Shown here in pieces: positions 12,839 through 24,745 of a stretch of DNA of 64,000 bases. Source of the DNA: Torpedo marmorata (taxonomy: Eukaryota). Positions within the stretch are counted from its first letter, which is position 1; each line of letters opens with the position of its first letter. A program made the position numbers and the translations under genes. Location of the stretch: NCBI GenBank assembly GCA_977017645.1, contig OZ360235.1, positions 39,060,001-39,124,000 on the forward strand, read 5' to 3'. The notes under the pieces were generated by a model that was given only the letters and a program-made list of their open reading frames with translations, was not told the origin of the DNA and made no database searches.

Positions 12839-13884
12839 ATGAGTGAAGATTTCAAAATCAAGTGGACCAGTTCCACAGAAAGAAATGTTTGGCCCAGGTT
12901 AATAACAATGGTAAATAAAATTTGTTTAGATGTCTTGTTCTAACCAAATTAAAGAGAAGCAGGTATATATCTCTTTATTTCTCCCCACCTTGATTCCACT
13001 CTTCATCTAACTGTGTCTTTCCCTGAAAACAGCTTTAATTTAACTTACACCCACAATTCCATTCTGCTCAATGATCAAACTGCCCATCCGTGCCTCCGCT
13101 TCCTTCAATTACCCTTTTGAATTTATTAAAATCATTACCCTCGGCGACTCTCGCTGTTCCTTGTCAAGGTCAAATCTTAGCTCTCTTTAACTTGCAGACT
13201 TGAATGGATGTGGAGGACAACTGGTTTGGAAACTCCCCTCCTTATTTAGCTGAACCATGCAAGCATTGTTAGACCCTCCTGTCATGCTTCAAAATGGGGA
13301 CATCATGGAAACCAAATTTAACCCTGTTTTTTTTTGTTAGCTGTCCTAAATGGCTCCACCTCGCCTTCTGCCTTTTTAGCTCTCTTCTCCCCCCACCCCC
13401 CCCCCCTCCCCCACCACCCCTGCCTTTCACCATGCCCATCTCTCTAGAATAATTATCTTGGGTTAAATATTTTGATGAAGGTTATAAATATGTAAGAAAA
13501 TAACTCTATCTTACATATTTATAACCCCTGAGAGATTGCATCGCTGATTTTGTATTATTGACTGTATACTGATGACAATGAGATGGCTAAAAGTTGCAAC
13601 ATTTGCTGTTATAACTACTGGTTTAAACTTAGTAAGTACAAAATAATGGAAGGCTTTTTGCAAAGCTATTTTTCCATTTTAAAAACTTACCATATGCAAA
13701 ATGTAATATTTGACAAAAGAAATCTTGATAAATAAAGCTCTGTATACTTTTAAAAGTCTATTTTTTACAAAACTATCCCTTGTTATGAACAAACTGTTGA
13801 GAAATTTTAAATTCTCATTTGGTCAGATTTTTACCATGCAGCACTGTCTTGTTTCCAGTATGTAAATTATGTTGAACACCTTTA

Positions 13885-14224
13885 CAGGGAGTCCCCGAGT
13901 TACAAACGAGATCCGTTCCTACGTCTGTCTTTAAGTCGAATTTGTAGATAAATCGGAACAGGTACATACGGTTCTTATTTAGCGTCAGTTAGTCAAATGT
14001 TTGTCTTAGTACTGTAAAAAAACATTAAAGAGACAGCTCTTAAAACAGTTTAGATAGAAAAAAAAAAGAAAAAAGATCATGATTAAAAGTTAACACTTAC
14101 TCTCGTTTCATCGATGTCTTGCATTTGTGAGGTAACATTATGCGCGTGCGTGAATTGGGGGCACAATTTGTTCGTAAGTACGAGTTGTCCGTAAGTCGAA
14201 CGTTCGTAACCCGGGGACTCCCTG
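13885..14224. mobile_element. Tc1/mariner (Tigger-like) MITE
   Basis: 24-bp TIR CAGGGAGTCCCCGRGTTACRAACG (2 mismatches) and TA TSD. Ends 64 bp before a DOCK4 exon. Confidence 0.9.
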
Positions 14225-14288
14225 TATTGAACTTTAAACCTTGTTTGAGTTGACATTTCTCACCTTATTTACAATAAAATCTTCTCAG

Positions 14289-14361
14289 CAGACACTTACC
14301 CATCAAATTGGTGACTCTTGCATGCCCCGAAGTGATCCAAATTTATCTGTACCTGAGAAAG
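14289..14361 (+). CDS. DOCK4: DOCK4 coding exon (NAGNAG acceptor)
   Basis: ctcag|CAG...AAAG|gtgggt, 73 nt, phase 0->1. Reads QTLTHQIGDSCMPRSDPNLSVPEK (recalled human RMLFNHIGDGALPRSDPNLSAPEK). Confidence 0.92.
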
Positions 14362-14940
14362 GTGGGTATTTGCTACAATATATGTTTTCTTTTTGCACTA
14401 TTTTACAATGGGTCATGAGAATGAACCATTTTGCACTTGCTGCATTGGTTAATGTTGTATAAATTGGGCAGAATGAAATTCAAGAGCAGACAATCAGAGA
14501 TTTGGACAACAATTTAGTTTATCAGAATCTATTCATCCAGGAAGTTCCTTCATTCATTTTGTGTTTGATCCAAATGCATCTGAAATTATTCTAGGGTTTC
14601 CACTTCATTATTCATTAGTGAATTGTGGGATACAGTACAGACAAATGGTACTGAGGTAGAAGATCATCCATGATCTTATTGAATGTTGGAGTAGGCACAA
14701 AGGTCTGAATGGTCTTCTCCACTTCGCATTATTTCCTCTGTTATGTGCAGAACCTGAAAGTGCATTACATACAGTGATCACTTTTGTATACATACAAGCT
14801 CCCTGATACCTTGTCAAGTTCCTTAAATTCTGAAATCACTTTTCACATTCTCATAATGTTCATGTCTCATAATATAATTACATTGGTGCAATTAAAATGA
14901 GTTTTATCAGCCTTTTGTTGAGGAAATTTGGATCATGGTA

Positions 14941-15146
14941 CAGTAAAACCCCTAGTATCCAGCACCTGTGGGGACTGGGAGTTGCCGGATAAGTGAATTT
15001 TACGGTTGCTTGAGATTGCATATTGCATGGATTGGCGACCTAACCACTAGGGGGCATCAATTTTAAACTTTCGTATTTTTTACCTATTTATTTTCTGTGA
15101 TTTTTTTTGTCGGTTGCTTGAATTGTGGATAACGTAGATTTTACTG
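14941..15146. mobile_element. Tc1/mariner MITE (family also at 35939-36702 and 37227-37440)
   Basis: TA|CAGTAAAA...TTTTACTG|TA. Internal similarity to the other two copies in reverse orientation. Confidence 0.85.
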
Positions 15147-15879
15147 TATATACATTTCTGAATGTGCAATTCTATCTATGCTATTGTAACATTGAGGAAT
15201 GATGAGTCTTGTAATGCAAATAAAAGAAAAATAGATTGGAACATTTGGAAAGCAAAATGTCCTCTGATTACTAAACGATTAATTTTTTTCAACACTAAGG
15301 GGAATTATAAGGCCTGAAAATAGATATTTCAGTGAGATGTTAAAAATGTAATTCTCCACTCCATCCCAAACTAAATCAAAGGCAGTGTGGGGTTGGGGCA
15401 GAGAGCAACGCACTCCCAAGAGGTAGGTTCATAATTTATATGGTATACTGAAGTTGCATGGTTCAGATTTTATCTCTATTATAGAATGTATATTTAATCC
15501 TGTTGGATATAGTACCATGCCCCGTCCCCGCCCCTCCCCCAAACCACAGTTTTCCTTCACTTCACTATTTGGATCTTTTTTATCTTCTTCCTACAATCCT
15601 CACTTCCTCCATGCCCAACTTGTTCCCATTGGCATAATACTCCATGTCTAACAACCTGATCATTTTTTAAATCTGACTTCCTTTGCCAAAAAATCACAGA
15701 TTAATTAAATCCTGTTAAATTCAACATGGAGTGAAAGAAACTGTTTTTACAGTTTCCTGATTACAAAGTGGCATACCCCCACCCCACTCCCTCTCACCTT
15801 AAACCTCTAATCTTAAGAGAATTTTAGTCGTTCATTCAAAATGTCGTACATTTTATATTTAAAAGTTATTATATGAATT

Positions 15880-16370
15880 TTTAATCAGGAAGGATGTTAT
15901 TAAGATGGAAAAAGTACAGAAAAGATTCACAAGGATGTTGCTGGGATTGGAGATCTTAATTTATAAAATTGGATAGGCTGGGATTTTTCCTGGAATGTAG
16001 GGGTCTGAGGGGTGACCTGACAGAGGTACAGTATATAAAATCACAAGGGGCATAGATAAGATAAATAGTCATAGTCTTTCTCTAGGGCAGGTAGTCAAAA
16101 ACTAGAGGGCATAGATATAAGTGAGAGAGAAAAAGTTTAAGAGGAACTGAGGGGCAGCTTTTTCCACACACACACACTGTGGCAGGTATGTGCTACCAGA
16201 GGAAGTGGTGGAGAAGGGTACAATTGCAATGTGCAAAAGGCATTTTGGAAGTTACATGGATCAGAAAGTTTTGGGGGAATGTGGGCCAAACATGAAAATG
16301 GAAATAGCTTAGGTAAACAACTTGGTCGGCATGTACAGGTTGGGCCAAAGGGCCTGTTTATATGCTGTTA
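15880..16370 (+). mobile_element. Old CR1 3' end
   Basis: Decayed RRFTRML / RGDL.EV / TRGH-coding DNA and the CR1 3' UTR motif GGGCCAAAGGGCCTGTT. Confidence 0.7.
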
Positions 16371-16903
16371 AACTACCACTGTACTTTGGGAATGTAGTAA
16401 TAGTGAATTTACAACTCTGATGAACTATATTAAAATCCTTGCTGATTTGCAACAGCAATTTAAATGCCATATTCAACCTAAACCTATAATTAGAAATGAA
16501 ATTGAACACTGAATTAAAGAAAGAACATTTAGGAGAGACAAACAAAAATATAGTCAAAGAGATGAGTCCTATAGGAAGGGAAACTTTTAAGGAGGAAATT
16601 CAAGAGCTATGGGATCCAGGAACAAGAACGGATGATGGGTAAAAGACTCACAAAGGGACAGATTTGAACATTTCCATAGCTGACAGAATGTTGTGGAACA
16701 AGGGTAATTAACTGAGATAAGGATGAGCCAGATCTTAAAGAGATTTTGAACATAAAGATGAAAACTTTAAATTGAATATATTGGAATTCAGGGAAATATT
16801 ACAACAATATACTAAAACAAATGGTAATAACTGTGTAATTATGAAATATATTCAATTAGGGACATTTTTCAGTACACTAAACAATGCACATATTCTTTCA
16901 TAG

Positions 16904-17020
16904 TAATGAACCCAACTCCAAGTAGTTGGAGCCTAGACAGTGGTAAGGAAGCTCGAACCTGTGTACCAGACAATGCGAGATTGGTGTCTCCTCCTGTCCC
17001 ACCCAGGCCAACACAGACAG
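16904..17020 (+). CDS. DOCK4: DOCK4 symmetric (phase 1-1) coding exon with PPVPPRP motif
   Basis: catag|TA...ACAG|gtaaaa, 117 nt. Reads VMNPTPSSWSLDSGKEARTCVPDNARLVSPPVPPRPTQT. Confidence 0.93.
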
Positions 17021-17321
17021 GTAAAACATCATGTAGTTTAACTCTGTGGTTTAAAGATTATAAAGCCTGTGTATTTGGATATAACCACTAGTAGTTAATT
17101 TTATGGCATGCTCACTGGCAAAATTCAATTGATGTCTGCTCTTCATTTAATCTGTCAAAAGCAATTTCCTCTAGCATTTAAGTATGATTCAATTACTTTG
17201 CCAAAGTTTCAAGCTGTTCATGAAGTGTTTTGGTGAATTTGTGGTATGCCCTTGATATTGTGGGGTTCTCATAAACATATCAATAACATCTATCAGTGAT
17301 TATAAAAGTATCAGATTGTTA

Positions 17322-17566
17322 TTTTTTAAATTTAGACATACAGCACGGAAACAGGCCCTTCCGGCCCACGAGCCCATGCTGCCCAATTACACCCAATTGA
17401 ACTCTAACCCCCGTACATTTTGGAGGATGGGAGGAAACTGGAGCACCCAGAGGAAACCCATGCAGACACAGGGAGAATATACAAACTCCTTACAGGCAGC
17501 GCCAGATTTGAACCCAGGTCATTGGCACTGTAACAACTGAAACAACGTTGCGCTAACCGTGCTCCC
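17322..17566 (-). mobile_element. tRNA-derived V-SINE (HE1-like)
   Basis: Minus strand has a tRNA-like head, a B box (GGGTTCAAATC), the V-domain GTCTGCATGGGTTTCCTCTGGGTGCTCCAGTTTCCTCCC and a CR1-type tail. Confidence 0.85.
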
Positions 17567-17603
17567 TTAATTTGTATAATTTAATTAATTTTGTATTAAT
17601 TAT

Positions 17604-19310
17604 GTGCGGCACGGTTAGCTACAGCGCCAGCAATCTGGACCGGGGTTCGAATCCTGCGCTGTCTGTAAGGAGTTTGTACGTTCTATAGATTCAGGATTAG
17701 TTCCTGCAGATTGGACGGTAGCTAATGTTATTCCACTTTTTAAGAAAGGAAGGAGAGAGAAAACAGGGAATTATAGACCTGTTAGCCTGACATCAGTGGT
17801 GGGGAAGATGCTGGAGGCAATTATAAAAGATGAAATAGCAGCACATTTGGATAGCAGTAACAGGATCGGACCGAGCCAGCATGGATTTACAAAGGGGAAA
17901 TCATGCTTGACTAATCTTCTGGAATTTTTTGAGGATGTAACTAGGAAAATGGACAAGGGAGAGCCAGTTGATGTAGTGTACCTGGACTTTCAGAAAGCCT
18001 TTGATAAGGTCCCACATAGGAGATTAGTGGGCAAAATTAGAGCACATGGTATTGGGGGTAGGGTATTGACATGGATAGAAAATTGGTTGGCAGACAGGAA
18101 ACAAAGAGTAGGGATAAACGGGACCCTTTCAGAATGGCAGGCAGTGACTAGTGGGGTACCGCAAGGCTCGGTGCTGGGACTGCAGCTGTTTACAATATAC
18201 ATTAATGATTTAGATGAAGGGATTAAAAGTAACATTAGCAAATTTGCAGATGACACGAACCTGGGTGGCAGTATGAAATGTGAGGAGGATGTTATGAGAA
18301 TGCAGGGGGACTTGGACAGGTTGGGTGAGTGGGCAGATGCATGGCAGATGCAGTTTAATGTGGATAAATGTGAGGTTATCCACTTTGGTGGCAAGAACAG
18401 GGAGGCGGATTACTATCTGAATGGTGTCGTTAGGAAAAGGGGAAGTACAACGAGATCTAGGTATCCTTGTTCATCAGTCAATGAAAGTAAGCATGCAGGT
18501 ACAGCAGGCAGTGAAGAAGGCTAATGGCATGTTGGCCTTCATAACAAGGGGAGTTGAGTATAAGAGCAGGGAGGTCCTTCTGCAGTTGTACAGGGACCTG
18601 GTGAGACCACACCTGGAGTATTGTGTGCAGTTTTGGTCTCCAGGTTTGAGGAAAGATATTCTTGCTATTGGGGGAGTGCAGCGTAGGTTCACGAGGTTGA
18701 TTCCCGGGATGTCTGGACTGTCATATGTAGAAAGATTGGAGCGGTTGGTCTTGTATGCACTGGAATTTAGAAGGATGAGAGGGGATCTGATTGAAACATA
18801 TAAGATTATTAAGGAATTGGACACACTAGAGGCAGGAAACATATTCCCGATGTTGGGAGAGTCGAGAACCAGAGGCCACAGTTTAAGAATAAGGGGTAGG
18901 CCATTTAGAACGGAGTTGAGAAAAAACTTTTTCACCCAGAGAGTTGTGGATCTGTGGAATGCTCTGCCTCAGAAGGCAGTGGAGGCCAATTCTCTGGATG
19001 CTTTCAAGAAAGAGTTAGATAGAGCTCTTTAAAGATAGCGGAGTCAAGGGATATGGGGTGAAGGCAGGAATGGGGTACTGATAGTGGATGATCAGCCATG
19101 ATCACAATGAATGGCGGTGCCGGCTCGAAGGGCTGAATGGCCTACTCCTGCACCTATTGTCTATTCTCCCGGTGTCTGCGTGGGTTTTCCCCGGGTGCTC
19201 CGGTTTCCTCCCACTGTTCGAAATGTACTGGGGATTGTAGGCTAATTGGGTCTAATTGTGCGGCATGGGCTCGTGGGTCGAAATGGCATGTCCAAATTTA
19301 ACTTAAAAAT
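17604..19310 (+). mobile_element. V-SINE split by a CR1 insertion (SINE parts 17604-17684 and 19164-19310)
   Basis: B box GGGGTTCGAATCC at 17642-17654. The V-domain is broken at GTTCT and resumes as TTCTCCCGGTGTCTGCGTGGG. Confidence 0.85.
17685..19163 (+). mobile_element. Young 5'-truncated CR1 LINE (RT region, one frameshift)
   Basis: 242-aa and 203-aa overlapping ORFs (QHGFTKGKSCLTNLLEFFE, YLDFQKAFDKVPH, SGVPQGSVLG, KFADDT) and a complete 3' UTR. Confidence 0.95.
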
Positions 19311-19899
19311 TAAAATATTCATCTTTTTTTTTATCCCCATGTCCTCATGATGTTGCTGAACCTTGTAACCTCCTTGTAGAGACCACTTAATTCCATTTTC
19401 ATTACATTGTCTACCACTGTTCCCATATGATGTATAAATTTTCATCCACATTTTTGGCATTTTGATAGCAACTGTTCCAAGACACTTGGGCATGTTCCTT
19501 CACCTTTCATCCTTTAAAAAAAAATCAGATGGGCCAAAAATGTGCTGTATAACTCATTCTGTGAATTTAATCTATTTAATGTCATCTGCAACATCTCTGA
19601 CATCCTTTGAAGTTTATCTCACGATAGTAAAATTTAGATTCACGACCATAGTGTTTAAATGCCTTTTTTGACACGCCTATGCCTCTTTAATTATTTCTGA
19701 CACCACAGTCATCCTCCTCCCTTGATGCCTGTGCCACCCTTTACCCTTCCCTCCATTTTACCCACAAGCATCCATTTTGTCATCCTAGAATTAGTGCCTT
19801 CAGATATTTTAGCTGCATGCTCTGAAATTTCCTCGTAAAATCTCCTCTTCTGTTTGAGTAAGCCTTTTAGTCATTCCAATAACCCCTCCTTTGGTTTGA

Positions 19900-20580
19900 G
19901 TCATAGAATTTTTCAGCACAGAAATAGGCCCTTTTGCCCACTGCATCTATGCTGATCATCATGCCATTCCATAGTAATCCCACTTGCCTGCATTAGTTCC
20001 ATATTGCTCTATGCCTTATTCATTCAAGTACCTGGTTAGACAGCTCTTAAATATTGTTTATGTTCCTGCTTCCACCACATGCTCTGGTAGCTCATTTCAA
20101 ATATCAGCTACTATTTACGTGAAAAGTGTACTCCTCAGAACCCTTTCATATCTCTTTCCTCTCACGTTAAACCTATGCCCTCCAATTTTAGATATCCCTC
20201 CCATGGGAAACAGACTGGCTATCTACCCTATCTATGCCTCTCATAATTTTATATACCTCTATTATGTCACCTTTCAGCTTCCTTCACTTCAAGGAAAACA
20301 AACTCAGATGATTCAATCTCTCTTTATAACTCAATCCCTCAAATCCACGCAACATCCTTGTGATTTTTTTTTTTCTGCTAAATCATATATTTTCCTTACT
20401 TCTCTGTCCTGAACTGGGCACAATATTCTAAGTGTGGCCTAACTGACATTTTGTACAGTTGTAACATGATATCTGAACTCAATGCCTTGGCCAAAGACCA
20501 GGATGCCATATGCCTTCTTCAATACCCCGTCTACCTGTGTGGCCGCTTTCCGAAAACCCCAAGGTCTCTCTGTTCAACAA
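19900..20580 (-). mobile_element. Old CR1 3' fragment
   Basis: Antisense similarity to 755-1440. Confidence 0.7.
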
Positions 20581-20927
20581 TTGTCTTGTTTCTCATTGAA
20601 ACTCTTTGGATTTTTTTCTATGCTGAAGACACAGTATGTGAATGAATGTTTTCCTGTCAGATGGAGTTATAGAGATCTATAGCATGGAAACAGGCTCTTC
20701 AGCTGATGGTGTCTGCGCTGACCATCAACCACTCCTTTATACTAATCCTATGTTCATCTCTTTTTTTTTCCACCACTTATTCTCATCATTTACCCCCAGA
20801 TTCTTCAACATCAATGGATGTGAATGCTGCTGTTATAGTAAGAACTAAATACTATACACTCTGTTTTTATTCTCTTCTCAGCTGCGTTTTTCTTGGGTAT
20901 CAGTTTATTTTTGAGAAATAACATTTA

Positions 20928-21100
20928 GTAAAGGTAAAGGTAAAGGTTCCATTATTGTCACGTAATACTACATTTAGAATGTAACATACATGAAATTCTT
21001 TAATTTTTGTCTACCGTAAGTAAGGCAGACAGAGGGTCGCTATTTTGTCCAGCGCCCCTCACAAAAACCTACAGCCAAGGAACACCAGGTGCTGTAGGTT
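20928..21100 (-). mobile_element. 5'-truncated copy of the 5S-derived SINE with terminal inversion
   Basis: Near-identical to 58629-58766. Then 21074-21100 carries the 5S 3' segment in the opposite orientation. Confidence 0.8.
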
Positions 21101-21133
21101 AAAATCATGTAATGTTAATATGCAGCATTTTGA

Positions 21134-21327
21134 CATGCCCCCCTCACTCTTTTGTTCAGACGCCTGCCGGCATTTTCTCATACTTTGATGAAGGGCTCAA
21201 GCCCGAAACGTCGGTTATGTATTTCTACCTTTGCTACATAAAAGACACTGTTTGACCTGCTGAGTTTCTCCAGCATTTGTGTTTTTTACTTCAACCACGG
21301 TGTCTACAGATTTTCGTGTTTTACTTC
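21134..21327 (+). mobile_element. Penelope terminal-repeat insertion with hammerhead-like core
   Basis: 14-bp TSD ATGCAGCATTTTGA (21120-21133, 21328-21341). Homologous to the 3' end of the GIY-YIG-bearing element at 47160-47850. Confidence 0.8.
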
Positions 21328-21905
21328 ATGCAGCATTTTGAGTCAGACCTTGAAATATTTGATATATCATTGGTACCGTTAAGGTTATTATTCTGAAAAG
21401 CAAAACTAAAAATCAAAGTGTATGTTTAAAACTAATTATCTGGATCATGAATTTTTTGACCTTCGGAAATACCGTGATTATGATATAAGCTGTTCAGCTA
21501 ACAAACATGTGCATTTGGTGAGACTGTGCAGGAAGTTTAATTGGAAAAACATTCTGCAGAAACTGCTAATACGTCATTTTAGCCACATATGAATTCTTGT
21601 GAAAAGCACATTTCGCACGATGCAGTTACCGTAAATTCTTTATATATGGCTTTTTACTTAGCAGGATTGAACTAATGTCAAAATACCCAGTTTCCATGCA
21701 TATATTTTGGTCCTTAGGCATGCTGTATGCAAGCAAAATGATCAAAAGAATGTCACTCGAAGATTCTGCCCATTGATGACAGCTCTAGACTTTTGTAATA
21801 ACACTGAATTGCATTAATTCCATTATGTTGTAGTAAATAACATTTTATAAAAATCATTCCAGCATCGAAATACTAGTAAATTTTCATTTTTATTTGCTGG
21901 TCCAG

Positions 21906-21985
21906 GTTCTCCTGCAAAGACGTACAGATCTTTTTCTCCACAGGCATTTGATACTCCACCTGCACTTCCCAGATCTCCTCATAAG
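21906..21985 (+). CDS. DOCK4: DOCK4 penultimate coding exon
   Basis: tccag|GT...AAG|gtatga, 80 nt, phase 1->0. Reads GSPAKTYRSFSPQAFDTPPALPRSPHK (recalled human ASPARHTTSVSPSPAGRSPLK). Phases fit both neighbouring exons. Confidence 0.85.
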
Positions 21986-22459
21986 GTATGATTGATAATA
22001 AAAGCAGTGTATCTATTTCAACAGGTTATCAGTACAGATATAAATACGTTATACACTAGTAGGAAACAAGAGAGGAAAAAAAGTAAAAATAAATTGGATA
22101 TAGAAACACAAATACATAACTTTTCTCTAAAAAAAAATGCAGCGAGTTTATTTGTCACATTATACCTAGTACAATGAGGGTTCTTCTGTGAGCAGTGTAA
22201 TGCTCCAACATTCATACAGCCATATGAAGTACAAGAACATGAACACAGAGTATACACTGAAAAAAAGATCAATGAGTACCAAGTAAGGGCAGCTCGGAGA
22301 ATGGTTACACAGTATATGAATTACAAGCAAAAAAAAATCAATCTAGTTTATTTATTGGAGTATGTTTACCTGACTAGATTGATTTATCCAATCATTTGTT
22401 CTCTGGCTGGTTTAGCGATAGTGTTGTCAATAAACGTGGTCTTAAATTTTATAGAGTTA

Positions 22460-22650
22460 AACAGGAAAGTCTGCAGATGCTGTGGTTGTAGTGCAATACA
22501 CAAAAATGCTGAAGAAACTTAGCAGGTGATGCAGCATCTATAGAAAGTAAAGAGTAACCAATGTTTTGGGCCTGAGACCTTCTTCAAGGAGTGGATAGGA
22601 TGGTGGAAGGGGCAGAAGGAGGAGTACAGGTTACAGGCAAGAGGTATTGG
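22460..22650 (-). mobile_element. Older Penelope terminal-repeat copy
   Basis: Antisense similarity to 21134-21327 and co-linear with 47160-47350. Confidence 0.65.
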
Positions 22651-24010
22651 GTAAAAGCAAAAACACCTCTGGATACTTTAAAGAAAAAATAAAAGCAGAA
22701 AGTAGTTAATAACACTCAACATGCCAAGCAATTTCTGTGGAGAGTAATGGGAATTAACACTTAAGGTACAAGTCCTTTTTGTCCCCAAGGTGTTCTTCCT
22801 CTGTTTACTTCGTGGATACAACCTGGGCAATTGTTTGTTCCCAGAAGTTTTTTAGATCCCAAAACAATATTGCAAAAAATGAAAACACAACATGTTTGTG
22901 GCAGAGAAAATTATGTTTTTGTGTTAATCAAATCAGAAAAATAGGAGACAGAAAAACACATTAATGTGGTCATGTTTATCTACATTCCAGCCACACATAA
23001 AAAAGGAAACTGTAATAGATTTTTATGATCAAGTATTAGACAGACGTTTTAAAGAGAAAAGGATGTGTGAATATCTTTTCTTAAAAAAAAAAGGAAATTA
23101 ACATTCTGATGACAATAAAAGGAAGAGATTGAAAACCTGGCTAACAGTTATGATATCAGGTTTGAAATAAGAATGTTAATATAATGTGAAATTCCATTTT
23201 TGACTCTATTGCATTAAAATGCCTTCCAACTATTATTTCATGTTTTGACTAAATGTCTTTCTAACTTTTATTTTATGTTTTGATAAAATATACGGTAAAT
23301 CTGTGAGTTGTGGATTTAATGTGGATTTGTATTCTATATTCTAGTAATAGTGATGTGTCACAGTACAATGGTAAAATGTTTGCACTATTGTCCTGAGTAC
23401 AGTGGTCATTACTGTCTCAACTTGGGGCATTCAATCATTGATACCTTTGCCCACACAAGGAAAAGGTTCAGTCATGTCTACCGATCTACATTGCCACAGC
23501 TGTACAACCAGAGAATAAACACTTTTTTTTAACAATACTTCAATTAAATGCTTTTTCAGGAAAGGAGTTTTAAACACTTGAATTTATTAATTAATTTTAG
23601 ATGGAAATTTAGTATTGAAAAAATTGATTTCTCTACAACTATAATTATGCTTACATTAAGGCTAAGGTGTTGTAATGTTGTATGTTCCTGATGTCAGCTG
23701 TTCTTCAGTGTACATCAGATCATCTTCTCCATTGATGAGACTTATGCACAATCATCAAACATTAGTCTGATTAAACTCTTGTTTTTAGGTGAGTGAAAAA
23801 AACTATTAATAATATGTGCTGGAATGAGATTGCTCCAGATTTCTACTTGTGAATTTTTAGCTTAAATATAGTGTTAAAGTAAAATAGTTATAAAAAGACT
23901 ATAATAGGAAATCTGGAAATAAAGTTAGGTCCATCAGCATCAACAAAGAAATGTGTAAACACCTTTCAATATTCTCACACCAAAACTACATATGCAAGTG
24001 GAGCTTTGTT

Positions 24011-24745
24011 TTTTTAAAAATATTTTATTTAAAATTTGAAATCACAAAATACATATGGTAAAATATAAAATTATCAAAATACTTGTGATACATTTTCACC
24101 CCCTCTCCCACCCTCCCCTCCCTAACCCTCCCATCCCTACTAATCTAATAAAATAAAAATAAAAAGAAAGAAAAGGATAGAGTAAGGAGAATGTCAATCT
24201 AAAAAACATCTATAAACTAATTTTATTATGGAGGTTAGGTTCGCCAGTAGATCCGATGTCCAGAGATCTTCAAATCCTTAAACCAACAACTTTCATATAT
24301 GGGCTCCAAATTTTTAAAAAGAAATGATATTTATTACGTAAATTGTAAGTAATGTTTTCAAGTGGTATACATGAACGAAGTTCTGCATGCCATCTTTCTA
24401 ACCCTAAATCTACATCAGATTTCCAAGTAATAGCAATACATTTCTTTGAAATAGCTAAAGCAATTTGCAGAAATTCTATTTGATACATATTTAATTTCAT
24501 CTTAATACTAAGTTTTATAATATCTCCAAACAGAAATATCATAGGATCCATTGGAAATGTAATCTTAAATACTTTATCTAAAAAATGTTTTTCTTTCAAC
24601 CAAAAATCATAAACTTTTGGACAAAGCCATGTAGAATGTACGAAAGAACCTTCCTCTTTATTACATCTAAAACATAAACCTGATAATGTCGGATTGAATT
24701 TCTTCAATTTTTTAGGTGTTCAATATAATTGATGAAAAAAATTGT
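24011..24745 (-). mobile_element. L1-clade 3' fragment (family B)
   Basis: ORF2 C-terminal C-x2-C...H...C motif (CFRC...HSTWLC). 15-bp TSD AAGTGGAGCTTTGTT (23996-24010, 24746-24760). Highly similar to 56640-57370. Confidence 0.92.

Noticed and set aside
13390-13421. C-run tract (G4 on the minus strand)
   Set aside because: An isolated low-complexity run with no supporting context.
15290-15428. Possible extra DOCK4 exon ending at GAG|GTAGGT
   Set aside because: No acceptor gives an open phase 1-1 frame. The candidates either contain stops or are out of phase.
17604-17660. tRNA gene
   Set aside because: The A/B boxes belong to a V-SINE head. There is no complete cloverleaf.
21931-21944. Strong-looking internal acceptor TTTTTCTCCACAG inside the DOCK4 penultimate exon
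   Set aside because: Use after a phase-1 donor gives an immediate TGA, while the 21906 acceptor preserves frame and homology. It cannot be excluded as a minor event.
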